Source of the DNA: Eledone cirrhosa
Lineage: Eukaryota
Direction: 5' to 3'
NCBI GenBank assembly: GCA_964016885.1
Contig: OZ024741.1
Coordinates: forward strand, 230,702,001 to 230,766,000
DNA length: 64,000 bases
Part shown: positions 1 through 16,313 of the stretch, one piece after another
How positions within the stretch are numbered: the stretch's first letter is position 1
Layout of the letters: each line of letters begins with the position of its first letter
The notes under the pieces: generated by a model
What the model saw: the letters and a program-made list of their open reading frames with translations, nothing else
The model's database searches: none
What the model was told of the DNA's origin: nothing
Program-made: the position numbers and the translations under genes

Positions 1-985
1 GTGACATATGGTTGTGTGGTATGTGGTGTTTGCGGTGGAGGTGAAGGTGTTTGTGTGGGAGTGTATGTGCAGGGTATGCCAGACACTGATGCGAGACTTT
101 CAGAGAAAGCCTTCTTTGCTCTGTCAACGGATATTACCTCTTTTCGACCACTGACAGCCACTGTAAAGTGTTTTGGTGTGTGCGAACGTACACGGAGAGG
201 TCCATTGTAGGGTGTCGTAAGAGGTCCCTTGACGGAATCATTCGGTATAAAAATGTGTGTCCATGTAGAGATGTCCGATGGGACAGCAGAAGAAACAGAT
301 TGGTCACGAGGGTTCATTGGTGGACGATCCGAGAAATACGAACGAATCCTGGTGACATATGATGCTGGGTCAAGATGTGATGAATCCACTGGTGCTTGCA
401 TGTCCAGGAAGAGACAATGTGGTACCATAAAGAAGTTCAACACAAGAAAAACCTAAATCTGTCTTAATGGCAGAACGAAAACCAAGAAGCACGATTGGCA
501 AAAATTCGGCCCAACGTTGCGGATCAGGAGTAGCGCGAAGTGCAGATTTCAACTGTCTATGAAACCTCTCGACCATTCCACTGGAGGCTGGATGCTAGCT
601 GGTCGTATGAATGTGATGAGCACCCAAGAGTCGTGATATTTCACGAAATAAGGAAGCTTCAAATTGGCGTCCACGATCAGTAGTTATTTTAGTAGGAACA
701 CCAAAGCGAGCAATCCAATTGGAAATGAAAGCTCGGGCAACGGACTCTGCTGTTATGTCCACTAAGTGTATGGCTTCAGGTCACCGAGAGAAACGATCGA
801 TACAAGTCAATATGTATGTGAATCCACGACTAACGGGACATGGACCAACAATATCCATGTGTATATAACGGAAACGTGCGTCTGGTGGGCTGAATTTCCC
901 AAGAGGGGCGCGGATATGCTGATGAATCTTAGAGCGCTGACACTTCAAGCAAGAACGTGCCCAGCCGGTGATTAAACGACGCATA

Positions 986-2452
986 TTAGGCCAAAAGAAT
1001 CGAGCCGTAACAGCTATGCCAGGATGTGACAAGGGGAAGTGCATTAAAAACGGTACGCTGATGACAATCTGGAACAAGTGGTCTGGGTGAGCCAGTAGAA
1101 ACATCGCAGAGAATCTTTCCTTCAGAAGATGGAAGAGGTAAATATTCCAATTTGCAGCAGGAGAACTGGTCAAAGGAAATGTCCAGCGAATCCAAAGTAG
1201 GTTGGTCAGTTGCAATGGCAACTAAATCGATATGTTCAGGAGACGCAAGAGAACACACAGAAAGTCGAGATAATGCCTTCGCTGGTATGTTGGCAGCTCC
1301 AGCTATATGACGAATGTCACTGGTGTACTGGGAGATGAAATCCAAATGTCTGTATGTCCTTGGAGAGTATCTATCGGACTTGGTTTGAAGAGAGAATGTG
1401 AGTGGTTTATGGTCTGTGAATACCGTGAACTCCCGACCTTCAAGAAGATGGTGGAAGTGTCTCACACCAAGATAAACTGCTAAAAGCTCTCTGTCAAAAG
1501 TACTGTAACGTTGCTCTGCTGGTTTTAGTTGACGTGAGAAAAACGCCAGTGGTTGAACTTGGTGATCGATTACATGATGCAAAACTGCGCCAACAGCACG
1601 ATCAGATGCATCAACAAATAAGGAAAGCCTCGCATTTGCAACAGGATGGGCAAGGAAAGAAACTTTAGCTAGCTCAGACTTGATGGATTTAAAGGACTGC
1701 AATGCATCGGCAGAAAGTGAAATAGGAGCATCTTTCTTTTTTGCCGCCTTTAACAATTGTGTCAATGGGAACAACTTGTCCGCACAGTTAGGAATGAGGC
1801 GACGATAAAAGTTAATTAATCCCAAGAAATGACGTAATTGTTTCAGGGATGTGGGTGGTGCGATATGCTGAATCGCTTCTACCTTAGATGGCAAAGGTCG
1901 TATGCCTTCTGAATCTATAAGATGTCCAAGGAATTCCAGTGAATCTGTATCAAACGCACATTTAGCTGGGTTGATTCTGACTTGGTACGATTGGAAACGT
2001 TGAAATAACTGAGATAGATGTTGATGATGGTGTTCACCCGAATCACTGGCTATCAGGAGATCATCAACGTAAGCAAACACGAAATTCAATCCACGCGTGA
2101 CTTCATCGATAAAACGCTGGAATGTACTAGAAGCATTCCGCAAACCAAAAGGCATGGACAGAAATTCAAATGAACCAAAGGGGGTGGTCACAGCTGTTTT
2201 TGATATATCCTCTGGATTCATGGGTATCTGGTGGTATGCACGTATTAGATCTATTTTGGAAAATATCTTGCATCCATGCAGAACGGATGAAAAATCCTGT
2301 AAATTTGGTAGAGGATAACGGTCTGGCGTGGTCATGGCATTAAGACGTCGATTATCTCCCACAGGCCTTAAATCCGCTTCAGCCTTACGAGCCAAGTGAA
2401 GCGGAGATGCCCATGGGTTGGTGGACGGTCGTATAAGACCGAGCTGGAGCAT
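986..2452 (-). pseudogene. pol: gypsy pol RT-RNase H segment (488-aa open stretch)
   Basis: ORF track 986..2452 with YVDD and RNase H motifs; frameshifts at both ends. Confidence 0.9.
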
Positions 2453-3063
2453 ATGCTCGAACTCGTTCGTGCTTTTTTTAGTCTATCCGGAGCCAAACTT
2501 CGTGGACGAGAGAAAACAGGTGGACCAGTTGTTGTAACGAAGTGTTGAGTCGAGTGGGCTGCCTGAGTAGGTTTAAATGAAATATCCGTTAACTCTGGAA
2601 ACGAAGCAAGTAGTGCATGAAACTGGTTTCCAGCGGAAGCCACAAAAAATGACGGACTGACAGCAGTAGTGGTAGATTTACGAATAGGCGTAGACAAGAA
2701 TGTGGTCCTATCAACAAGTTTCTGGTACCTGACATCTACCAAAAGTGAAAAGTGCTGTAATAAATCCGCACCGAGAATAGGATGAGGTAGGTCGGCAATG
2801 ACAAAAATCCATTTGAAATCTCGACTTAAAGCTAGGTCCAATGTTAAAGATATTTGTCCATAAGTTCTTATAGGAGACTGGTTTACTGCATACAAAGAAA
2901 TGCCGGAAAGATTTGGCTTGGTAGAGTTGAACCGTAAGGGCCAAATGCTGCAACTTGATCCTGTATCGACCATGAAGGATTTGTTTGAATCTCGGTTTCT
3001 AATGAAAAAGGCACGATAAAGGGAATTAATGAGGGAGAGATCTGCCGTGCCCAGACTCTCCAA
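2368..3063 (-). pseudogene. gypsy aspartic protease segment
   Basis: VDTGSSCS and ILGADLL motifs. Confidence 0.85.
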
Positions 3064-3065
3064 TT

Positions 3066-3824
3066 TTAGTTTTCCGAGGTCTCAAAAGAGCAGGGCTGAA
3101 CACAATGTTTCGCCTTTTCCCGAAAACGCATGTGATACCAACACAAAGACGAGTTGTTGGCGGGGATTTGGCGCGACGGTGAAAGGAATAAGACCGACTT
3201 CGTGAACGCCGTCTAGATGGCGTTCGATCCCTACATAGTTTAGCTACTTGCCTAGTAGCGTCAATGGCTCTCAAAATTGAGTCCTCACGAGCTGAAGCAG
3301 ACTGGGTTTTGAAAGCAGAAGAGGCAATGACCGAATCAGCCGAGGTAGGTTTTCTAGAAAATTCCATAATTCTGTCCGCAGAGGCAGCAATTTGTTCTAT
3401 CGAACTGGTTTCAACCGTATTCGCTAATATGGTTTTCACATTAGTTGGCAAACGGGAGAAGATTAACTTTTTTACGAAGGAACTGTCTTCGGTGCATCAT
3501 CACTGAGTTCATGTATACGCCGTAAAAACTATGTAGGAGTTCTGTCCCCCAGATTTTCATCCTCAAATAAGGAACGAAATTTACTCTCAAGTGACCTACA
3601 GTTCCTACGCAGTACCTCTGTCTTTAGAGACTTGTAGGAAACCCTTGGGGAGGGTTCTTGATTATGTCTTTTCCTGTAATCGCTAGTGAAGCTGGAATTC
3701 CGCTGATTAGCACGTTTAATTTTTGCTGTTTTTCCTGTACTCCGTTGGCCGCAAAATACGTATCAAGTTGGCCGAACCACAATTTGGCATGGCCAGAATA
3801 CGCTGGTAACGATATGTTGCTCAT
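3066..3824 (-). pseudogene. gag: gypsy gag (frameshifted)
   Basis: LWFGQLDTYF start, LGDRTP motif, CHCC knuckle, ends TCG GAA AAC TAA at 3077-3066. Confidence 0.8.
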
Positions 3825-3861
3825 GATGAAATTTGGTCGAGAGAGATGATTTTCCTTTTCA

Positions 3862-3966
3862 AAACGTCGGTAGAAATTATTTGTTCAAACGTCGGTAGAA
3901 ATTATATGTTCAGACCTCGGTAGAAATTATATGTTCAAACGTCGGTAGAAATTATATATTCAAACG
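3862..3966. repeat. ~4 x 25-bp tandem repeat in gypsy 5' leader
   Basis: unit aaacgtcggtagaaattatatgttc repeated about four times. Confidence 0.9.
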
Positions 3967-3975
3967 GGGTCACCA
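3965..3975 (-). promoter_or_regulatory. primer binding site complementary to tRNA-Trp
   Basis: minus strand TGGTGACCCCG matches the tRNA-Trp-type PBS (TGGTGACCCCGACGTGAT) over 11 nt. Confidence 0.85.
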
Positions 3976-4342
3976 CTTTAGTGTTCTGCCAGACCGAGGA
4001 TTATTTACTTGAGTAAATATCACCGGAATCTAACTACTAAATTTTATACAGAAAAGGATAAGATATATTTACAAAACACCATATCGAGTACAAGTCTTAA
4101 TTTTATTGTAATTCCGTTATAATTGTTGTAAACACACATGCTCGTACATATTTAGGTATAGTCCAAGCCCGTGATTAACATGTTCATCTTCAGTGTTGTC
4201 GGTTCGAAGAAAAAGCGCCAAAGAGAGAAAGAGCTGGCTGTGTTGCCACTATTTATAACCTCTTTTCGGAAGTTGCAAAAGAGGGTTCTAGACTTTCGAC
4301 GGGAAGTAACTCTAACTACTTCCCTGTCTAGAGAGCGCTATA

Positions 4343-5858
4343 GAGGTAAAGAAGTTACAGATGTAAAGAGTAAAAAAAAAAAAAGAAAGAAATAAAGAAA
4401 TAAGTTAAAAAATATATATAAGTACAGAATACGATAGTTGATAATAGTGGTGGTGGTGAGTAAGTGCCTGTATAAGGATGTGGAGGTAGTACTAACATGA
4501 AAAGCAACATTAAAGAAAATAACCCACCAACATATACCATAGCACCAAATACAAAATGCAAACACATAACAACATCACAACCACACATACATAAGGGCGC
4601 ATCACAACAAAACATTAATAGGCCTAAATCTCAACCCACCCATGACAACATGCAAAACCGCAACGGAGAACCTGCACACAGGAAGGCCTCCAACTGTAAC
4701 TGCCACCTACCGGATAAGTGCCCACTACAAAATAGGTGCCTGGAATCAAGTATTGTGTACCTCTGTACTACAAATTCAGGCAACTTAACATGGCACTACG
4801 TAGGTTCCACGGCTGGAGAGTTCCAAAAAAGATGGTATGTTCACAGACATTCTATGAAGAACCGTAAACTAGTGAACTCTACAACTCCAGCCAATAAAAT
4901 CTGGCAGCTTAAGAACACAAACCAGGAATATGAGATTAGCTGGTCAAAATTAGCGGGAGCAAGGGCCTACAACAATGGAATGTCCCACTGCGGACATTGC
5001 AATATGGAGAAATTCCATATTTTAAAGTACGATAAGATGCTGCTTAACAGCAAATGAGAAAGATCAATTTAATGTAGGCACAAAGCAGCTACCAAGTTCA
5101 CAAATTTCAAACCAGCATGATTCGACCCGGCAATCCCAAAATTCGAGCTGAACTACCCGGATTTTAATGTACGGAATACATACCACCACACTGTTATTAG
5201 CTATCAACTGACCGACTGGTCACTAGATCATAAATCTCCTAACCTTTCTTTCACTCTCTCTCCCTGAAGCTATATTAACCCCATTAAGATAAAACATTTA
5301 CCACACACACAAATCAACCCCCCCCCCTTCCCCATCTCATCCTCGTATCTCTCGCTTAATTTTCGAGTTATTGTTTTTTATCTTTTATGTGTCATTTGTT
5401 ACTATATCTTATTACACGTATGTATGTATCTAATGTAGCGTTTCATGTTAGTACTACCTCCAACCCCATTCCTTACACAGACACTTACTCACCACCACCA
5501 TTATTATCAACTATCGTATTCTGTACTTATATATATTATATAATTCTTTACATATTTCTTTATTTCTTTATTTTTTATTTTTTTACTTTTTACATCTGTA
5601 ACTTCTTTACCTCTTTATAATTATATTTTATTATTGATGTTACTGTTTTGATTCTACGCTGTGTCTATATATACCATTGCCATATATGAGTTCTCTAGTA
5701 TTCTGAGGATTTGATCAGAGGTAAACACTGTATTTAAGGTCGAGTGACGCAACTTCGAGTGATTAGCGGCCTTTAGACTCACCTGATCAATGAAACAATA
5801 GTAAATACTTGAAATAAAGCCCCTTGTTGTACAGGCGACCGTGTTATTATTCAATCGT

Positions 5859-5862
<4 letters not shown>
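4343..5862 (+). mobile_element. 5'-truncated Penelope-like element (Naiad-like GIY-YIG) with inverted 5' segment (family E)
   Basis: ORF 4497-5057 CNC..CPL..C, IVY..HYVG, C..C..EK, CRH; 4343-4510 is an inverted copy of ~5430-5613; HHR in 3' end; abuts (TA)n. Confidence 0.9.
5697..5809 (+). ncRNA. type I hammerhead ribozyme with long stem II
   Basis: stem I AGTATT/AATACT; core CTGAGGA 5703-5709; stem II TTGATCAG...CTGATCAA; GAAAC-AATA-GTA, predicted cleavage after 5803. Confidence 0.8.
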
Positions 5863-5948
<86 letters not shown>

Positions 5949-6095
5949 CGTATGTATGTATGTATCTATATATATATGTATGATCTATATATATGTATGT
6001 ATCTGTATCTATATATATGATATGTTTGTTTCTATATATAGATACAGATACACATATATATATAGATACATACATATATATAGATACATATATAC

Positions 6096-6186
<91 letters not shown>

Positions 6187-6274
6187 TATACGTATGTATT
6201 TATCTATATATATATGTATGTATCTATATATATGTATGTATCTGTATCTATATATATGTATGTATCTATTTATA

Positions 6275-6329
<55 letters not shown>

Positions 6330-6608
6330 CATATATATAGATACAGATACATACATATATATAGATACATACGTATATATATATATATTTATATATATAT
6401 ATATATACGTATGTATATATCTCTATATATGTATGTATCTGTATCTATATATATGTATGTATATATATATATATATATACATATATATATAGAGAGAGAG
6501 ATATATACATACATATATATAGATACAGATACATACATATATATAGATACATACATATATATATATACGTATATACATATATACATAGTATATATATATG
6601 TACATACG

Positions 6609-6666
<58 letters not shown>

Positions 6667-6692
6667 ACATACATACATATATATAGATACAG

Positions 6693-6783
<91 letters not shown>

Positions 6784-6880
6784 TATATATACGTATGTAT
6801 CTATATATATGTATGTATCTATATATATGTATGTATGTATCTATCTATCTATCCTATATATTATCTATCTATATATATAT
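5862..6880. repeat. compound (TA)n/(TATG)n/(TATC)n microsatellite
   Basis: direct reading. Confidence 0.95.
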
Positions 6881-7672
6881 AATGTATAATAAACAATACA
6901 ATATAATTACCTCATTAACATAGGTTTCCCGAATAAGACGAATACGAAAGAAACGTCCTCATTCGTTCGTCGGACAAGGCAATATAAAATATAGTGAAAT
7001 ATTTGGAAAGTCTCCTCAAGAAATGCAAAAAAAATATATATATATAAATAAAGGTAATGCAATAGACATATAAAATATATAAAAAAATATAAGGAAATAT
7101 AGTTAGGTGTGTGTATATGCATGTATATATACTCACAAATGTACATATGTATGTATGTACAAATGCGTGTGAATGGTGAAAATGTGTGCGTATGTACATA
7201 TATGAGAGCAAGTACATTTGTGTATATGTAACCACAAATACGGATATAATCTAGTTAACATGAATCGAGAAGCAGGTATTAGATACACATGAGTATGAAA
7301 GCACGCGTATAAACACACACACACGCGTTATAACTTATATGCGGAAGATAAAGGGGGAAGTGAGTGTAATAGTTAAAAGAAAGTGTCATTCTCGATATAT
7401 GTATAAAAATTAAACAATATGTGAGAAAGAAAAAATATTTAAATGAAAGAGAAAGTAGTCAATTAACACTAGCGAAAAGAAAAGAAAAGAAAAGAAGATA
7501 CACGCGTACATACACATATATCTATAAAAAACATATATCTATAAGAAAATATATATATACACGCAATACGTACAGACAAAAGCGTATGCATGCGTACATA
7601 ATTACACAGGATGCACGTATACATATACATACATATCGTCCCATGTATATCTAATCACACGTACGTACGCGA

Positions 7673-7716
<44 letters not shown>

Positions 7717-8706
7717 GCACACATACACATCCATACATACAATACATATATACACACATACACACAAACATATTCACGCACATTGACCCGCTTACACGCA
7801 CACACATACAAATAAGAATGTAAAAAACATAGATATAAAAACACAGATATAAAATCACACATACATACACATATATATACACGCACGCACACGCGCATAC
7901 GGAGGCGTTCGTTGTCATATACCGAACGTATACACATAAAGACGCTCAGACACATAGATACAGGGTGTAAAGCAGCCTTATGAATAAATGAGTACAAATA
8001 TAAAAATTTAAAATTGGCTGCGAAATAACAGAAAATATCTGAGTGGAAAACGCAAGTGACTACTGTAATCAGGTAGTAAAGCAAATAGGGAAGTAAAAAG
8101 TGGAAAGTTAAGATATTAGTTAAGTGAATCGAAGGATAAGGGGGGGGGGTTTACTGGTGGATGTGAAGTAAAAAAAAAAAAAAATATATTAAAAAAAATA
8201 AATAAATAAAAATAAAAAAAATAAAATAAAAAAAAAATATAAAAAAAAAGTAATAAAAAAAAAATAAAAAAAAAATAAAAAAAAAAATAAAAAAAAAATA
8301 AAATAAAATAAAAGAAAATAAAAAAATATATAAAAAAAAAAAATAAAAAAAAAAAAAAATTAAAAATTAAAAATTAAAAATTAAATTAATAATAAGGTTA
8401 AAAATGAAAGTAAATCAGAAAGAGTAGTCTTTAAAGAGAATAATTTAAGTGAAGAATAAGAGCTTATGGAGGATAAGTATCTGAAAGTGTGTTAAGTTTA
8501 TATGAGCTGGAAAGCAAGTGTGATTTCATATGTGGGCAACTGGTAAAAATGTTTGTTTTTGTATTTAGGCAGGTTTTTGGTGATTTAAGGTTTTGTAAAA
8601 TCCAATATTTTTCATTTATGCAGAGTGTGCATTTTTTGTTCCTCTTACATATTCTTTAGATTGGTTCAAAATTGACCAATCCAATTTATATTGGATACCT
8701 TGGTCT
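6880..8706 (-). mobile_element. 3' fragment of Penelope-like family A (GIY-YIG C-terminus, 3' UTR and pLTR)
   Basis: 8460-8705 matches 30030-30265; 6880-7250 matches 28650-29020; carries the same HHR. Confidence 0.9.
6907..6982 (-). ncRNA. hammerhead ribozyme, family A, degenerate copy
   Basis: TTGCCTTGT-CCGACGA-stem II-GAAACCTATGTTA-ATGAGGTAA. Confidence 0.6.
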
Positions 8707-10358
8707 TGTTAATATAGTGTCAAAGTTCTTTAGTCACACATTATGTGATCTCTTCAGTGACTGGGGATTATTTTCTTTGCTTTTCGTGCCTCTCCTTTGT
8801 TCTGTCCTACGCTATCTTGTTTGTGTGTGTGTGTTGTGTGCTTAGTTTGCCCATGTGTTACATCCGGTGTCTGTGTGTGTTTATATTTGTTTATTTATTT
8901 GTTTATTTACATGTTACTGGTTGGTTGTTTGTTTTATGTGCGTGTGTGTTTTCATTCTGTCCTTAATTGCAAGTTGTGATGTAGCTGTTCCACTCATGTT
9001 TTCTATTTAATTTTGGTTGTAATTCATTTATGTTTATTGCCTCTGTGATTTGTCTACACGTTGCGTCTTTTCTGTGTGTAGATTCTAATTTTATTTCTAT
9101 GTTCTCTGATTTACCCTTATGTTCTATTTTAGCATGTTGGTAGAGTACAGATGATTCTTTACTATCTTGAAGGTCAGTTTTCATTTATCCGTTCCCCTAT
9201 ACTAGGAGCTGTCTCAGCTATGTACACTATATTTTTATCTCTACATTGTCCTTCAATACAAGGGCCAGGTCCCATTTGTATTGGATCAAATTTTGGAATA
9301 GAATAGAAAGAACTAGGAATAAGGCTAATAGAATAAACTCATGGTATGATAGCAATAAATACCAGAGTGTAATGTTCATCGATACAACCCCTAGAGGTTA
9401 ATTAGCTTACAAATTCAGAAGGGCCCTAGATAAACATAAACTCAATATTAAGATAGTAGAAAGACCAGGTACCTCCATAAAAACTCTCATTAGCAAGACA
9501 TACCCTTTTCAAAGACCTCCCTGTATAGATAAGAAATGTATAATCTGTAAATTAAGCCCCCATATTAACTGTAAAACTAGAAATGTAGTATATAGCATAA
9601 GATGTACTGAAGGACAATGAAGAGATAAAAATATAGTGTACATAGGTGAGACAGCTCGTTGTATAGGGGAACGGATAAATGAACACTGACGAGACCTTCA
9701 AGATAGTAAAGAATCATCTGTACTCTACCAACATGCTAAAATAGAACATAAGGGTAAATTAGAGAAAAAAGAAATAAAAATAGAATCTACACACAGAAAA
9801 GACGCAATGTTTAGACTAATCACAGAGGCAATGAACATAAATGAATTACAACCGAAATTAAATAGAAAACATGAGTGGAACAGCAACATCGCAACTTACA
9901 ATTAAGGACAAAATGAAAACACACACGCACATAGAACAAAAACCAACCAGTAACATGTAAATAAACAAATAGATAAACGAATATAAACACACACAGAGAC
10001 CCGAATGTAACTCATGCGCAAACTAAGCACACACAACACACACAAACAAGATAGCGTAGGACAGAACAAAGGAGAGGCACAAAAAACAAAGAAAATAATC
10101 CCCAGTCACTGAAGAGATCACATAATGTGTGACTAAAGAACTTTGACACTATATTAACAACCACCTGGTTGTGGAACCAACCAACCTACCGGAAATTTAT
10201 AAATTCCTAAATTTATAAATTTATTATAATAAATTGAAGTGGAAGCAACTGGTGCGTGTGTTTCTTATTGGCAACATGACCCTACCAAAGTATAACGATA
10301 TCGGTTTCAACACACGTTTTCAGATAAATAATCTTGCTAAACAAATTCAGAAACGAAA
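8706..10358 (+). mobile_element. 5'-truncated Penelope-like element with 5' inversion (family B, Nematis/Neptune-like GIY-YIG)
   Basis: 9290-9905 encodes KIVERPG, C..C..C, NVVYSIRC, YIGETAR, ITEA..LNRKHEW; 8706-9260 is an inverted copy of ~9600-10160. Confidence 0.9.
10104..10148 (+). ncRNA. minimal hammerhead ribozyme, family B, core-mutated (mirror copy 8719-8762 minus)
   Basis: GTCA-CTGAAGA-GATCACA..TGTGAC-TAAAG-AA-CTT-TGAC; TAAA where GAAA is expected. Confidence 0.6.
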
Positions 10359-10391
10359 TATATATATATATATATATATAAGGGGATAGAT

Positions 10392-11826
10392 ATGGAATTC
10401 TTTAACTATATCCCCCCAAAAGTACACCAGGATACAATTCTAGTCAGTTTTGATGTAATAAGCCTGTACACTAACATCCCACACGACCTAGGGATTGAAG
10501 CTGTGGACTTTTGGATTACAAAACACTCAAGTCACATTTCAGAAAGATTCCCCAAAGAATTCATCTTGGAAGGACTTAAATTAGTATTGGAAAACAACCA
10601 CTTCCTCTTTGACAACGAACTTTATCTACAAATAAAAGGAACAGCCATGGGTACCAAAGTGGCCCCTACATATGCAACGCTCGTTATGGGTCCCTTAGAG
10701 GCAAAATTATATTCCCAACTACAGATAACTTTCAGTCATGACTTCGCCTTCTACATTAATAAAAACTGGAAACGTTACCTAGATGACTGCTTCATCTTCT
10801 GGAACAGAAGCCAAACAGACCTACAAAAATGTTATTCGATATTAAACAGGCTTCATGAAGCTATACAATTCACTATGGAATGTAACGAAAAGGAACTGCC
10901 CTTTCTAGATATCCTCATCATTAAAGAAGGGGAAAATATCATAACGGACCTATTTTGCAAACCCACTGACACACACCAATACTTAAATTTCCGGTCAGCA
11001 CACCCCTCAATATACGAAAAGGAACATTCCCTTCAACATGGCAAGGCGCATCTGCACTATAGCAACACACCCCGTACTACAAGAAAAAAGATTATGTGAC
11101 CTGAAAAAATTCCTTACAAAACAAGAATACCCGATGAAACTCATCAACGCAGCCATCTCCAAGGCTAAGAACATCCCAATAACAACACTGAGAAAACCAA
11201 ACCCACAACATAAAAAAGAAAACCCTGCTATCTCTTTTGTCATCACTCACAACCCAGGGAACGTCAACATTGTGAAAACTGCTAAGCAGTATCTCCCGAT
11301 TCTACAGCAATCTACCAAAATGAATGCACTCTTAAAAAACACACAGATAATTTATAGCAGACGCCAAGCACCCAACCTTAAAAAACTAATTACCAAGGCA
11401 AAATTTACGACCAACATGGAATCAATGCAAGTGACGAAATGCGGGGACCCTAGATGTGGAACCTGTGAACTCATCGAAGAAGGCAAACAGTTGTCCTTCA
11501 AAAACCATGATAATTTCAAGGTCAATGCAAACATGAACTGCAAAATGAAAAACCTAATATATTGCGCAACATGTCCACAGTGTAAAGAGTATTACATTGG
11601 GGAAACCGGAACGGGACTACATGATAGATTCCGGGTACATAAACAACAAATTAAAGACCCCACAGTCAGAAATACCACATGTAGCGCACACTTTGCATCA
11701 TGCGGGAAGGGAAAATTCACAATCTTCCCTTTCTTCAAGATATGGTCGGATAACGAACATTTCCGCAGATATAAAGAAGAATTCTTCATTGAAAAATTTA
11801 AACCACTACTGAACACGAAAAAATGA
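10392..11826 (+). pseudogene. PLE RT + GIY-YIG endonuclease, one frameshift
   Basis: ORFs 10392-11099 and 11038-11826. Confidence 0.9.
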
Positions 11827-12087
11827 ATTAACACTCGGAGGTAAAATTCCATTTCACTACCCCCCCCCCTCTTATTATGTGTACACATGAATATCTGAGT
11901 GAACGGTGAGACACACACATATATATGTGTAGGTATGTATGGATGTATGTACGTGTGGGTATATATGTATGTGGGTGTGTGTATATGTATGGATGTGTGT
12001 ATGTTTGTATGGGTGTGTGTATATATATATATATGTGTGTATGTGTGTATATATACGTATATGTATATGTATGTATGTGTATATTTG

Positions 12088-12119
<32 letters not shown>

Positions 12120-12253
12120 TATATAGATATATGTTTATATGTGTGTGTATGTATATGTATCTATATATGTGTGTGTGTATGTATGTGCATATATGTATAT
12201 ATGTGTGTACATATATGTATGTTTCTGTATGTGTATATGTATGTATGTATGTA

Positions 12254-15431
<3,178 letters not shown>

Positions 15432-16113
15432 CTTGGCAACTTGTTGGTACGGACGTGAATTGTTGAACGTCCAGATTTGAAATTTTAATATTTTAAATCG
15501 ACAGTAATCGGTTTTATGTATGGCTTTAATTTTTCAGAAGACAAGGAAAACATACAAAAAGATAAGTTTTTGTGCTTTGACGCAATTATTTTGATGTATA
15601 TTTATATATGTGTGATATCGTCCTAGAGACAACACACACACGTGCTTTCTATTTTTTTTCTTTGACTACCATACAGAGTATACGTAATTTCATTTTAGTA
15701 CGTAATTTAATTTTAATTTAACTTAAGTAGATCTTGTATTATTTTGTTTAATTTAATATAATTTTATTTGTTTTTGACTCGGTGAGCATGTGTGTTTGTT
15801 GTTTCTTGTTTGATATATTGATATTACAATAACTATGCTCACTCTATACGGTTCCCGTTATTTATATTTGTAAACAAACATTTGAATTCAACTTATATAC
15901 ATCTTACATCGTATTTCTATATCTTTAACATTTTGGGTTTCTTTCATTTAATTTGTTTCGATTCATCTTATCTCATCTCTCTCTCTCTCTAACCTTTCCC
16001 CCCACTCTTCCCGCTATCTCTCTCGCTCCTCTCTTCTGTCTCTCTCCCCTTTCTTTTCTTCTGTTTCTTTCTCTCTCTCTCTCTAGATCGCACAAGCCCT
16101 CTCTCTCTTTTCC

Positions 16114-16313
16114 NNNNNNNNNNNNNNNNNNNNNNNNNNNNNNNNNNNNNNNNNNNNNNNNNNNNNNNNNNNNNNNNNNNNNNNNNNNNNNNNNNNNNNN
16201 NNNNNNNNNNNNNNNNNNNNNNNNNNNNNNNNNNNNNNNNNNNNNNNNNNNNNNNNNNNNNNNNNNNNNNNNNNNNNNNNNNNNNNNNNNNNNNNNNNNN
16301 NNNNNNNNNNNNN
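16114..16313. other. assembly gap (200 N)
   Basis: N run. Confidence 1.

Larger units (their letters stand above)
1..4342 (-). mobile_element. Ty3/gypsy LTR retrotransposon, CsRn1/Kabuki-type, frameshifted; 3' end runs off the window
   Basis: Gag 3824-3066 with CHCC knuckle (CWYHMRFREKAKHCVQPC), protease (FMVDTGSS), RT (KIDLIRAYHQ, MPFGLRNA, YVDD), RNase H (DASD, YSTFDRELLA, TDHKPL), integrase (HMDIVGP, TTDRGRQF, GMVERFHRQLK); tRNA-Trp PBS; putative 5' LTR ~3976-4342. Confidence 0.95.

Noticed and set aside
3862-3966. Regular short repeats suggesting a CRISPR array (also the SINE cluster at 25 kb)
   Set aside because: No unique spacers, no cas genes, eukaryotic TE context.
5115-5155. ATGA-hairpin after the Naiad-like ORF as a possible SECIS
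   Set aside because: The helix register does not give the GA/AG quartet, and no in-frame Cys-position TGA was seen.
9600-9630. In-frame TGA at a Cys position of the family B GIY-YIG (possible selenocysteine, as reported for some Naiad PLEs)
   Set aside because: The inverted duplicate (~9243) has TGT there and the copy has other stops, so it is a simple mutation.
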